Positions 1 to 9,106 of a DNA stretch of 64,000 nt are shown here, piece after piece; the stretch's first letter is position 1; every line of letters starts with the position of its first letter. The stretch is from positions 617,385 through 681,384 of the forward strand of contig JBAZSB010000001.1 in the NCBI GenBank assembly GCA_041662625.1. The letters are read 5' to 3'. The notes under the pieces were generated by a model. That model was given only the letters and a program-made list of their open reading frames with translations. It did not search any database and was not told where the DNA came from. This DNA comes from Patescibacteria group bacterium (lineage in GTDB: Bacteria; Patescibacteriota; Patescibacteriia; Buchananbacterales; UBA6539). The translations under genes and the position numbers were made by a program.

Positions 1-368
1 ATTACCTTGCCGAAGTCTTGCACGCCCCCTGCCCCGATTTTAGCTATTACTTCATCAATCTTTTTATTTAATTCTTCTTCACTTAACTCAGGGGGTAAAT
101 ATTTATTAACAATATTGATTTCATTTTCTTCTTTAGTCGCTAATTCCGCCCGGCCACCTTGCTGATACAAAACGGCAGCCTCTTTTCTTTTTTTAATTTC
201 GCTCCGCAGTAATTTAATTATTTCCTCTTCGGTCAGCGGCTCGCGATTTTTAGCAATCTCCGCATTAGTAATAGCCGTTTTAATCTGCCTTAATACCAAA
301 ACCGCCAGTTCATCCCTTGCTTTAAATGCCTGGTTAAAATCAGTTTCTAACTGTTTTAAAACTCCCAT
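1..368 (-). CDS. GatB/YqeY domain protein (partial, runs off the window start)
   Basis: Manual translation MGVLKQLETDFNQAFKARDELAVLVLRQIKTAITNAEIAK...KKRKEAAVLYQQGGRAELATKEENEI..YLPPELSEEEL; typical position downstream of rpsU. Confidence 0.9.
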   Translation of the reverse strand, partial: MGVLKQLETDFNQAFKARDELAVLVLRQIKTAITNAEIAKNREPLTEEEIIKLLRSEIKKRKEAAVLYQQGGRAELATKEENEINIVNKYLPPELSEEELNKKIDEVIAKIGAGGVQDFGKV

Positions 369-373
369 TGATT

Positions 374-616
374 TTAGCGGTAAGTATTCGGGGTTTTATC
401 TTCTTTAAGTTTGCCAATTTTTTTTAAGTATTCTCTTTTCACCTGGATTTCTTTGCGTCGTAGGGCTTCTCTTCTGATTTGCGTCTTATTTTTTGGCCGT
501 TCATAAAACCGAATCTTTCTCGATTGAATCAATCTACCACTCTGTTGTAATTTTTTGTGGAATCTTCTCAGTAAACTCTCAAAAGTTTCACTTTTCTTTC
601 TTTTTACTTCAGCCAC
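374..616 (-). CDS. rpsU: 30S ribosomal protein S21
   Basis: EVKRKKSETFESLLRRF...RFYERP; GTG start with SD GGAGGTG. Confidence 0.9.
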   Translation of the reverse strand: MAEVKRKKSETFESLLRRFHKKLQQSGRLIQSRKIRFYERPKNKTQIRREALRRKEIQVKREYLKKIGKLKEDKTPNTYR

Positions 617-723
617 CGATATTCACCTCCTTTGTGATGAATAGTTATTAATTCTTAAAGGAAAATCTTAATCGATTTTCTGGTTTTATAATACCATTTT
701 CTAACTAATTAGTCAACAGAATT

Positions 724-2085
724 CTAACCACTAAACTGGTTTGCTAATTTCTTCTTCAATTCCTGAACAGTTTTATTAAAATTTATTACTTCCTGGACTC
801 CGCTTTCCATATCCCGAACTAAAATCGTACCATCCATTACCTCTTTTTGACCTAAAATTAAAGCATATCGAACATGAAGCTTATTGGCTAATTCTAGCTG
901 CGATTTTAGACTGTCTTTGGCAAAATTTTCTGCTACCTTAATATTTTCTTGGCGTAATTGCTCAAATAAAACCAAAGCTTTAACCTTGGCTTGGTCGCCA
1001 ATTTGCGCTAAAAATATTTCCGGATTCTGATCCGCTGGCAAAGCCGCCTCTTTCTGCCGCAATTGACTGATGACTCGTTCGACTCCTACCGAAACGCCAA
1101 CTGCCGGAGTGGGCCGACCGCCCAAAAGTTCCACTAAACCGTCATAGCGTCCCCCGCCCCCCAAGGCACTTTGGGCACTTTCTTCTTTTTCCCCTGGCCA
1201 AATTTCAAAAACCGTTTTGGTATAATAATCAAGACCACGAACTAAATAAGGATTGAGTTTATAAGAAATATTTAGTTCATCTAAATATTCGACAACCTTC
1301 ATAAAATGTTCCTTGCACTCATCATCAAGCCAATCAACAATTTGGGGTGCTTCGGTTTTGACAAACTGGCAAGAGGGTTTTTTACAATCCAGCAAACGTA
1401 ACGGATTTTTAGTTATCCGCTTTTTACAATCTTCGCAAAGCATCTTCCGCTTACTCCGATAGTAATTAGTCAATTCTTGAATATAGGCCTTGCGGCAATC
1501 CGGACGCCCAATGCTATTGATTTGGATGCTAATTTGCGATAAACCAATCTGTTTAAAAAAATTATTTACAATCCCAATCACCTGAGCATCAATCACCGGA
1601 TTAATATCGCCAATTATTTCAAAACCAAATTGATAAAACTGCCGCTGGCGGCCTGATTGCGGCCGTTCCCGACGAAATGCCGGCCCAAAGTAATAAAATT
1701 TTACTGGCTGGGGAAGATTAATCATACCGTGATTGATGTAGGCCCGCACGACTGAAGCGGTAAACTCTGGTCGGAGAACAACTAAGCCTTGCCCCTGATC
1801 GGTAAAACTAAACATTTCTTTTTCCACAATGTCGGTCTGTTTACCAATTGAACGAACAAAAAGGGCGGCTTCCTCTAAAATGGGCGGATCAATTTGCGGA
1901 AAACCATAACCATTGGCAAAACTTTCAGCGGTTTTTTTTACAAACTGCCAGTAAGGCTGGTCGGCTGGCAAAATATCTTTAAAACCTCGTAAAAGTTGAG
2001 GTGACTTCGATAAAAATTTCTTGCCCGCCGGTTTGGGTTTGTCACCCCGACTGATTGAAGCGGACCTTTCTTCGTTTTTAGTCAT
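724..2085 (-). CDS. hisS: Histidine--tRNA ligase
   Basis: RGFKD, LRPEFTA, FRRERPQSGRQRQF, LVRGLDYY and GGGRYDGL motifs. Confidence 0.97.
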   Translation of the reverse strand: MTKNEERSASISRGDKPKPAGKKFLSKSPQLLRGFKDILPADQPYWQFVKKTAESFANGYGFPQIDPPILEEAALFVRSIGKQTDIVEKEMFSFTDQGQGLVVLRPEFTASVVRAYINHGMINLPQPVKFYYFGPAFRRERPQSGRQRQFYQFGFEIIGDINPVIDAQVIGIVNNFFKQIGLSQISIQINSIGRPDCRKAYIQELTNYYRSKRKMLCEDCKKRITKNPLRLLDCKKPSCQFVKTEAPQIVDWLDDECKEHFMKVVEYLDELNISYKLNPYLVRGLDYYTKTVFEIWPGEKEESAQSALGGGGRYDGLVELLGGRPTPAVGVSVGVERVISQLRQKEAALPADQNPEIFLAQIGDQAKVKALVLFEQLRQENIKVAENFAKDSLKSQLELANKLHVRYALILGQKEVMDGTILVRDMESGVQEVINFNKTVQELKKKLANQFSG

Positions 2086-2089
2086 AAAT

Positions 2090-2707
2090 TTAGAAATTAT
2101 AATTTAAATCATTTAAAACTAAACCAAGCCGATTCAAGGGCCAACCTCGAACTAAAGTTTTACCAATAATATCTTGGCGCGGCACTGGACCAAAAGCCCT
2201 CGAATCAAGGCTAGCGATTCGATTATCCCCCAAGACATAATATTCGGTCTGGCTTAGTTCAACTTCAACATCACCCAAAGTTTTCATGGCCGGCAGTAGA
2301 TAATCTTCCTGTAATTCCACCCCTTGCGGATTAGCTTGATTGAAAATCGTCACTTTACCTTCAGCAATTTTAATCTTTTCACCGGGCAAGCCAATAATTC
2401 GTTTGATAAAATACTGACTTAAATCAAAGGGGTAGCGAAAAACCACCGTATCACCCCGCTCCGGCTCATCAAAGCGATAACTGATTTCATTGATAATTAG
2501 ATACTCATGGTCATAAAAATTTGGTTCCATCGAAGCCCCTTTGACATAAAAAGGTTTAATTAAAAAATAACGAACCGGCACAATAATAACTAGAGAAATC
2601 ACCACCACTTTGAATACTTCCCAAACAAAAATAGCAACCTGCTTACCAAAAGATAAATTTTCTTCCTCCAGATAGGAGGGGGTTTTTTTCTTGCTAAATA
2701 GTTTCAT
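2090..2707 (-). CDS. lepB: Signal peptidase I
   Basis: GASMEPN (catalytic Ser), FIKRIIGLPGE (Lys), GDNR..SLDSR. Confidence 0.96.
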   Translation of the reverse strand: MKLFSKKKTPSYLEEENLSFGKQVAIFVWEVFKVVVISLVIIVPVRYFLIKPFYVKGASMEPNFYDHEYLIINEISYRFDEPERGDTVVFRYPFDLSQYFIKRIIGLPGEKIKIAEGKVTIFNQANPQGVELQEDYLLPAMKTLGDVEVELSQTEYYVLGDNRIASLDSRAFGPVPRQDIIGKTLVRGWPLNRLGLVLNDLNYNF

Positions 2708-2719
2708 ACTTCTAATTTT

Positions 2720-2785
2720 AGTCGTTAGCTTTTAGCTTGTAGCTTTTAGTAATTACAACTATAAGCCACAAGCCACAATCTAACT
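2720..2785. repeat. Inverted 7-mer tandem-repeat hairpin
   Basis: TAGCTTT/TAGCTTG repeats facing AAGCCAC repeats. Confidence 0.6.
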
Positions 2786-3508
2786 AAGACGATCCGGGTA
2801 ATTCGTGATAATGCCATCAATCCCCAAATTTTCCAAATAATCAATTTTTTTATAATTATCAACCGTCCAGGCGCAAATTTTGATCCCGTGTTTTTTAAAT
2901 AGCGCCACCTTATTTTTATTTAATAAATGATAGTTGATGTTCAGGTAGTCGGCGTGGGAATTTTTAACCAGCCAGGTGATATAGTACTTAGTTATGGGTA
3001 AAAACAAAATGGCCAAAAAGTCGAGAATTAACCAAAAAGAGAAAAAATTGCCTGAACGAAAAACCAAAGCCGTGGTAATTTCCGGTTCCAAGCGTTCAGC
3101 AGCTCGGATTTCCCCGGCGTAATTGGAAGAAACCATCACATTGGAAAAATCAATTTTATAATCCCGCAAGGTTTGAATAACAATCTGAGCACTGCCTCGG
3201 ACTTTCAATTCAATATCTAATCCGACTTGATTATTAACTACTTCTAAGACTTCACCAAGCGTCGGAACTGTTTCTTCGCCTCTAATTACGAACTTTTTGA
3301 CCTCGGCTAAAGTTAATTTTCTAACCCGGCCAAATTTTTGGGTCAAACGTTTTAAATTCTTATCGTGAATCACGACCGGATATTTATCCTTAGTAATTTG
3401 AATATCAAACTCAATCATGTCCACCCCTATTTCCAAGGCTTTCTTAAAAGAAGAAATTGTATTTTCCGGAGCATAAGCTTTGGCGCCCCGGTGACCGATT
3501 TTTAACAT
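2780..3508 (-). CDS. Glycerophosphodiester phosphodiesterase family protein
   Basis: IGHRG, PENT, IEFDI, VIHD, WTVD, GIITNYP. Confidence 0.93.
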   Translation of the reverse strand: MLKIGHRGAKAYAPENTISSFKKALEIGVDMIEFDIQITKDKYPVVIHDKNLKRLTQKFGRVRKLTLAEVKKFVIRGEETVPTLGEVLEVVNNQVGLDIELKVRGSAQIVIQTLRDYKIDFSNVMVSSNYAGEIRAAERLEPEITTALVFRSGNFFSFWLILDFLAILFLPITKYYITWLVKNSHADYLNINYHLLNKNKVALFKKHGIKICAWTVDNYKKIDYLENLGIDGIITNYPDRLS

Positions 3509-3530
3509 AATTTACAATGTATAATTTATT

Positions 3531-3607
3531 TGGTGGACAATGCTGGACTCGAACCAGCGACCTTCGCGATGTGAACGCGACGCTCTAACCAGCTGAGCTA
3601 ATTGTCC
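3531..3607 (-). tRNA. tRNA-Val(CAC)
   Basis: GGACAATTAGCTCAGCTGGTTAGAGCG-TCGCG-TTCACAT-CGCGA-AGGTCGCTGGTTCGAGTCCAGCATTGTCCACCA folds as a cloverleaf. Confidence 0.95.
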
Positions 3608-3831
3608 GTGGCCAGGGCGGGAAGCTATTACTGTTAATTGCTATAAAAAGAAAGCGTTGGGTTCACGGGACACCTAATTTTACGCTTTTGGTGTCTGCCC
3701 AATTACTAGTATTAAATTGCCCCTCAATCATAACATAAAATGTCAAGCCTGTAAACCGTAAAACTAATTAATAAAACTAATACCCGGCTTTTAATAACTA
3801 GCCTTCAGAAATTTGCCACAAGTGACTTTTT

Positions 3832-5277
3832 ATGGCAAAATTAAAACACCAAAACTCTATGGTCAGAAACGACGTTGATTTTCTCGACGAACAAAATAAA
3901 TTGGTCAAAAAGCCAAAAAGAAAACTGAAATTTATCAGTAAACTAATTATCTATTTACTGATAATTTTTGTTATCCTCTTTGTTGCCTTCGGCATCGGTG
4001 TGATTAATTCCGGGGAAAATTTGGCAAAAACTTTGGGCAACGTCGGCCTTTGGAGCCAGATTAAACATTTAATCGGCAGTGAGGATAAAAAATTACTGGG
4101 TGAAGACGAAGACCGGATTAATATTTTGCTCTTAGGAATCGGCGGTCTGGACCATGATGGTCCATTTTTGACCGATACCATGATGATTGCCAGCTTCAAA
4201 CCTTCAACCGATCAAGTAGCTTTAATTTCTATCCCCCGCGACCTCTTAGTACCGATCCCTGGCTATGGCTGGCAAAAAATTAACCATGCTGATGCTTATG
4301 GTGAAAACGCCAATCCGGGCCGCGGCGGCGAATTGGCTAAAAAAGTAGTCAGTCAGGTTTTTAACATACCAATTCATTATTATGTGCGCCTGGATTTTGC
4401 TGGTTTCAAAAAAATAATTGATGACCTGGGCGGAATCACAATTGAAGTCGAAAATGTTCTGGATGATGAATCTTACCCGGTACCGGGCAAAGAAACCGCC
4501 ACCACTTCAGAAAGGTATGAGCATCTTTATATTAAAACCGGTCGCCAACATCTGAATGGTGAATTAGCCTTAAAGTATGTCCGCTCCCGGCAGGCTAAAG
4601 GCATTGAAGGCTCTGATTTTGCCCGCAGTAAACGCCAACAAAAAGTTCTGATGGCAGTCAAAGAAAAAGGGTTGTCTTTGGGTACCTTGGCTAATCCCTA
4701 TAAAATCAGCAAGGTGATGGATACTTTGAGTCAACATCTGGCAACTGATCTGGAGGTCTGGAAAATTATCCGGCTTTTTAACATGGGTAAAAGCGTTAAA
4801 GAAGAAAATATTATCCGCCGGGTTTTTGATGATAGCCCTGACGGCGTCTTGTATGCAAACGTTACCGAAGGTGGCGCTTTTGTCCTGCAGCCTAAAGCCG
4901 GCGATTTTTCGGAACTGCAAAAGATCACCCAGCATATTTTTGACGCAGCCAAGATGGCTGAAGCAATGCCCAAACGGATCGAAATCCAAAATGGCACCAA
5001 AATTACTGGTTTGGCTTACCGAACTTCCCAATATCTCCAAAGCTTGGGCTACCAGGTGATTAATCTTGGTAATGCCCCAACCCAAGACTACCAAAAGACG
5101 GTAATTTATAATTTAGCTGATGACAGCAAAGATAAAACTGCGGAAAATTTGGGCAAATTACTGGGGGCCGAAATTGCGGAAGTTATCCCCGACTGGGTAA
5201 AAGCAACTACCAGCCCCAAAATCAGCAGCCACACCGATATTTTAATTATTTTGGGTCAGGATCGGAAAGAACTATGA
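3832..5277 (+). CDS. LCP (LytR-CpsA-Psr) family protein with LytR C-terminal domain
   Basis: N-terminal TM; INILLLG, TDTMM, SIPRDL, KINHA, ALKYVRSR, SDFARSKRQQ; C-terminal IEIQNGT..GLA. Confidence 0.93.
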   Translation: MAKLKHQNSMVRNDVDFLDEQNKLVKKPKRKLKFISKLIIYLLIIFVILFVAFGIGVINSGENLAKTLGNVGLWSQIKHLIGSEDKKLLGEDEDRINILLLGIGGLDHDGPFLTDTMMIASFKPSTDQVALISIPRDLLVPIPGYGWQKINHADAYGENANPGRGGELAKKVVSQVFNIPIHYYVRLDFAGFKKIIDDLGGITIEVENVLDDESYPVPGKETATTSERYEHLYIKTGRQHLNGELALKYVRSRQAKGIEGSDFARSKRQQKVLMAVKEKGLSLGTLANPYKISKVMDTLSQHLATDLEVWKIIRLFNMGKSVKEENIIRRVFDDSPDGVLYANVTEGGAFVLQPKAGDFSELQKITQHIFDAAKMAEAMPKRIEIQNGTKITGLAYRTSQYLQSLGYQVINLGNAPTQDYQKTVIYNLADDSKDKTAENLGKLLGAEIAEVIPDWVKATTSPKISSHTDILIILGQDRKEL

Positions 5278-6662
5278 CTAAGCTCCCTATCGTCGTCATC
5301 ATCGGCCGCATCAATGTCGGCAAGTCTTCCCTTTTCAACCGGTTAACCGAAACAGGCAAGGCTTTGGTTTCAAAAATTCCTGGGACGACCCGCGATTATA
5401 ATTTAGGTCGGGTTAATTGGCAAAAAAAAAGTTTTAGCCTAATTGATACTGGCGGGGTCAATATTGAAACTTTAAAAAATAGCATCCGTTCACTCCTGCC
5501 GGACCAAAATAATCAACTAAAAAATGTTGACACTATTGAAAAAGAAATTGTCCGACAAACTAAAGAAGCTATTGCTAAAGCGGATTTAATCCTGATGGTG
5601 GTTGATGGCCAAGCTGGCCTGATGCCTGAAGATAAAGAGCTAGCTTTAGTGGTCAAAAAATTAAAGGCACCGGCCATGTTAGTTTGCAATAAGATTGATA
5701 ACCCCAAATACCAACACCAGCCCAATGAATTTTTTGCTCTCGGTCTGGGCCGGCCCTGGCCGGTTTCGGCAATCAACGGCAGTGGTACCGGCGATTTTTT
5801 GGACGAATTAATTAAAAAAATAAAAAACCGTCCGGGCCGACCAAAAAAACCAGAAGCTAAAAAACCAATCAAAGTCGCCGTCATCGGCAAACCGAATGTC
5901 GGTAAATCATCACTGGTCAATAAAATCCTAGGAGAAAACCGGGTCATCGTGGCCGATACGCCGCAAACTACCCGCGAACCTCAGGATACGGAAATTGATT
6001 ATCTAGACGAAAAAATTATTTTAATCGATACGGCTGGTTTAAGGAAAAAAGCAAAAATCAAACGCGGGTTGGAAAAAATGTCCACCAAAAAAACTCTGAC
6101 CACCATCAAAATTGCTGACATTGTTTTATTCCTAACGGAAGTTGATCAACCGCTGGGCAAGCAAGACGAACATTTAGCCGGTCTGATTAAAGACGCCGGC
6201 GCCGGGGTAATCGTGGTTGCTAACAAATGGGATTTAGTCCCGGAAAAAGATGAAAAAACCGACGGCGAAATAAAAAAATATTATCAACGTTATTTTCCCT
6301 ATCTCAGCTTTGCTCCTCTGATTTTTACTTCCGCTAAAACCGGCAAAAATACCGACAAAATTTTGGATGTAGTTTTAAGTGTTAACCAAGAAAGACGAAA
6401 GGAAGTGCCGGAAGATGAATTAAAAAATATTCTAAAACAAGTTGTAAAAATTCACTATCCGGCCTAAGCCAAAGGTCAATTACGGCCTCATCTTTATAGC
6501 CTGGTCCAGACTAAAACTAATCCCCAAGAATTTACCATCATAGTTGGCCAAAAACAATCAATTCATTTCTCTTATTTACGATTTATCGAAAATCAACTCC
6601 GGCAAAATTTTGGGTTTTTGGGCGTTCCTGTTAAAATAAAGGTAAAGAATCTTAGACAGTAG
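5274..6662 (+). CDS. der: Ribosome biogenesis GTPase Der/EngA, interrupted by in-frame TAA at 6465-6467
   Basis: Two G domains (GRINVGKSS, DTGG, NKID; GKPNVGKSS, DTAG, NKWD); the KH-like tail continues in frame after the stop (HFSYLRFIENQLRQNFGFLGVPV). Confidence 0.92.
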
Positions 6663-6765
6663 ATCGGTAGGCTGGTAGATTAGTAGAAGTAATAAAGTGC
6701 TTCTACTTTCTATCTATTAGCCTAACGTCCTACCAATCTACCCCCTACTTCCTAATTCCTACCGC
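6660..6765. repeat. Imperfect inverted short-repeat hairpin
   Basis: GGTAG/TAGAAG-rich left arm facing CTAC/CTTCTA-rich right arm. Confidence 0.55.
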
Positions 6766-6781
6766 CTAATAAACTAATCAT

Positions 6782-7354
6782 ATGAAACTAATCGTCGGCC
6801 TGGGTAATCCAGGCAAAAAATATGAAACCACCTGGCATAATGTCGGCTTTTTGGTAATTGATTTACTAAAAACCAAACAAGCCGGCGAATTTTTAAGCTG
6901 CAATAAAAGTAAAAAATTTAAAGCCGAAATTTGTGAAAACAACAGCCCGGAAGAAAAAATTATTTTAGCTAAACCCCAAACCTTTATGAACAACTCCGGC
7001 CAGGCTGTTAAAGCGATTGGACGATTTTATAAAATTAAGCCGGAAAACCTGTGGGTGATTCATGATGACATTGATTTGCCTTTGGGAAAAATCCGAATCT
7101 CCCAAAATGCCAGTGCCGCCGGCCATAAAGGGGTACAATCAATTATTGATGAAGTGGGGACGCAGGAATTCATTCGCTTTCGCCTTGGGATCCAGCCGAT
7201 TACTCCTTTAAAAATGCCAACGGAAAAATATGTCTTGCAAAAAATCGATTCAGAGAGTAAAGTAATTATTGATGAAGTAATAGAAAAAGTCCTGGCTGCT
7301 TTGGAAATCGCTTTAGCTCAGGGAGTAACTGAGGCCATGAATGAGTTTAATTAG
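6782..7354 (+). CDS. pth: Peptidyl-tRNA hydrolase
   Basis: LIVGLGNPG, HNVGF, KPQTFMNNSG, HDDIDLPLG, GHKG. Confidence 0.96.
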   Translation: MKLIVGLGNPGKKYETTWHNVGFLVIDLLKTKQAGEFLSCNKSKKFKAEICENNSPEEKIILAKPQTFMNNSGQAVKAIGRFYKIKPENLWVIHDDIDLPLGKIRISQNASAAGHKGVQSIIDEVGTQEFIRFRLGIQPITPLKMPTEKYVLQKIDSESKVIIDEVIEKVLAALEIALAQGVTEAMNEFN

Positions 7355-7424
7355 AGCCGGGCTTTAAATCTGATAATTATCAACATAGCGCCAAGAGGCG
7401 CTTTTATTATTGATGCAAAATGTC

Positions 7425-7575
7425 AAAAAAAATAGCCTCCAGAATCCTGCCTACCAGCGTAAGGCATATACCGAATAAACGGCACAGACCTCAGCTTGTG
7501 GCTACTAACCAGGCTAGGAGGGGTAACCTCGTATTCGCCGCTGGCAAACAGGATTCTGAAAGCTATTCTCTAAAG
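7425..7575 (-). ncRNA. Candidate ~150-nt structured small RNA
   Basis: Long closing stem AATAGC..CAGAATCCTG/CAGGATTCTG..GCTATT followed by a U-tract; promoter TTGACA(7612-7607)-17-TAACAT; no ORF seen. Confidence 0.5.
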
Positions 7576-7667
7576 AATATAGTATGTTAACACTTTTCTT
7601 AAAAAATGTCAAGACACAACATATCCCAAGGCCAAAATCCGCTATTTTATTAGTAATTTTACAATAA

Positions 7668-8771
7668 ATGACAACTTTAATTATAAAAGATGAATTAAAA
7701 TATTGGCTGGCTTTTAATCAAATCCCAAAGATTGGCCCGGTCCGCTTTCAGAAACTTTTAAATTATTTCCCCGATCTGAAAACCGCTTGGCAAGCCGTAA
7801 GTCATGAGCTAATTAAAGCCGGGATTGAACCAGGGGTAGCAGAAGAACTAATCAGCTTAAGATTAGAAATTGATCCCGCTTTAGAATTAGAAAAAGTTGA
7901 AAAAATTAAAGTTCAAATCACAACAATCCTTGACCCTAACTATCCAAAGCTACTGAAAGAAATTTATGCTCCCCCACCCTTGATTTATCATTTTGGTAAT
8001 TTAGATTTGAATAATGATTTCCCTTTGGCGGTTGTGGGCCGGCGGAAAATCAGTCAGTACGGTAAACAAATAACCAGTGAAATTGTTTCCGAGTTAGCTA
8101 ATTGCAGTTTAACTATTGTCTCGGGTTTAGCTTTGGGAATTGATGCTTGTGCTCACCAGGCCACGCTACAAAACTCCGGAAAAACTGTGGCAGTTTTGGG
8201 CTCAGGCTTAAATCAGATTTACCCGGCTTCCAACCGTAAACTTGCCCAAGAAATTATTGAGTCCGGCGGTAGCATCATTTCTGAATTTCCTTTAGGCACA
8301 CCGCCCTACAAATCTAATTTTCCTCAAAGAAACCGAATTATCTCGGGCTTAAGTTTAGGTGTCTTAGTGACTGAAGCCGGCGAAAAATCCGGGGCGCTGA
8401 TCACCGCCGCCTACGCCTTGGAACAAAATCGAGAGGTCTTTGCGGTTCCGGGCAATATTTATAGTGCTGGTTCAATTGGCCCAAATAATTTAGTCCGGCT
8501 GGGTGCCAAATTAGTAACGGGTGCCGCTGACATTTTAGAAGTCTTAAACTTAAGCGAAGCAAAAGATTTTAAAAATACCAAAGAGCTAATCCCGGAAAAT
8601 GAAACCGAAAAAATCCTTTTGGAATTAATCACCACTGAGGCAGTCCACGTTGACAAATTAGTCCAGTGCGCTAGACTAGATATCAGCATTATTAATTCCA
8701 CTTTGAGCTTGATGGAAATGAAGGGAATGGTGAAAAACCTGGGTAATCAAAAGTATGTCAAAGCAAGATAA
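7668..8771 (+). CDS. dprA: DNA-processing protein DprA
   Basis: YPKLLKEI..PP, AVVG, VSGLALGIDA.AH, FPQRNRIISGLS, SGALITA, REVFAVPG. Confidence 0.96.
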   Translation: MTTLIIKDELKYWLAFNQIPKIGPVRFQKLLNYFPDLKTAWQAVSHELIKAGIEPGVAEELISLRLEIDPALELEKVEKIKVQITTILDPNYPKLLKEIYAPPPLIYHFGNLDLNNDFPLAVVGRRKISQYGKQITSEIVSELANCSLTIVSGLALGIDACAHQATLQNSGKTVAVLGSGLNQIYPASNRKLAQEIIESGGSIISEFPLGTPPYKSNFPQRNRIISGLSLGVLVTEAGEKSGALITAAYALEQNREVFAVPGNIYSAGSIGPNNLVRLGAKLVTGAADILEVLNLSEAKDFKNTKELIPENETEKILLELITTEAVHVDKLVQCARLDISIINSTLSLMEMKGMVKNLGNQKYVKAR

Positions 8772-8832
8772 AAGTTAATAAAAGTTTGTAAAAGCAAGAT
8801 AGAGTTTGTAAAAGCTAGTAATAGCCAGATAG
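8770..8832 (+). repeat. Degenerate 10-nt direct tandem repeats
   Basis: AAAGTTAATA AAAGTTTGTA AAAGCAAGAT AGAGTTTGTA AAAGCTAGTA. Confidence 0.55.
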
Positions 8833-8891
8833 TAACATCAACGTATCAACATAGCGCCAAAGCAAATTAATTAATAACAATTAACAAAATT

Positions 8892-9017
8892 ATGGCGCTA
8901 ACAATGATAAATCCAAATGACAAAATCCAAATTTCCAATCAAATCCAAAATCCCAATGTCAAAAAACAATTTGATTTGGCCGAACGGACTGCTAAATTCG
9001 GCGAAAAAATAATTTGA
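8892..9017 (+). pseudogene. Truncated four-helix-bundle (IVP-like) gene remnant within inverted 7-mer repeat arms
   Basis: Translates MALTMINPNDKIQISNQIQNPNVKKQFDLAERTAKFGEKII*; DL.ERTAKFGE.II resembles the TIGR02436-type N-terminus; arms at about 8908-8965 and 9012-9068. Confidence 0.7.
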
Positions 9018-9106
9018 GTTTTGAGCTTTGATATTGATTTGACATTGGAAATTTGGATTTTGACATTACCCTTTATTTAATGAAAAATTTATTACAAATT
9101 ACTTCA

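Noticed and set aside
6465-6467. Alternative genetic code
   Set aside because: TAA, TAG and TGA all terminate conserved genes normally elsewhere in the window
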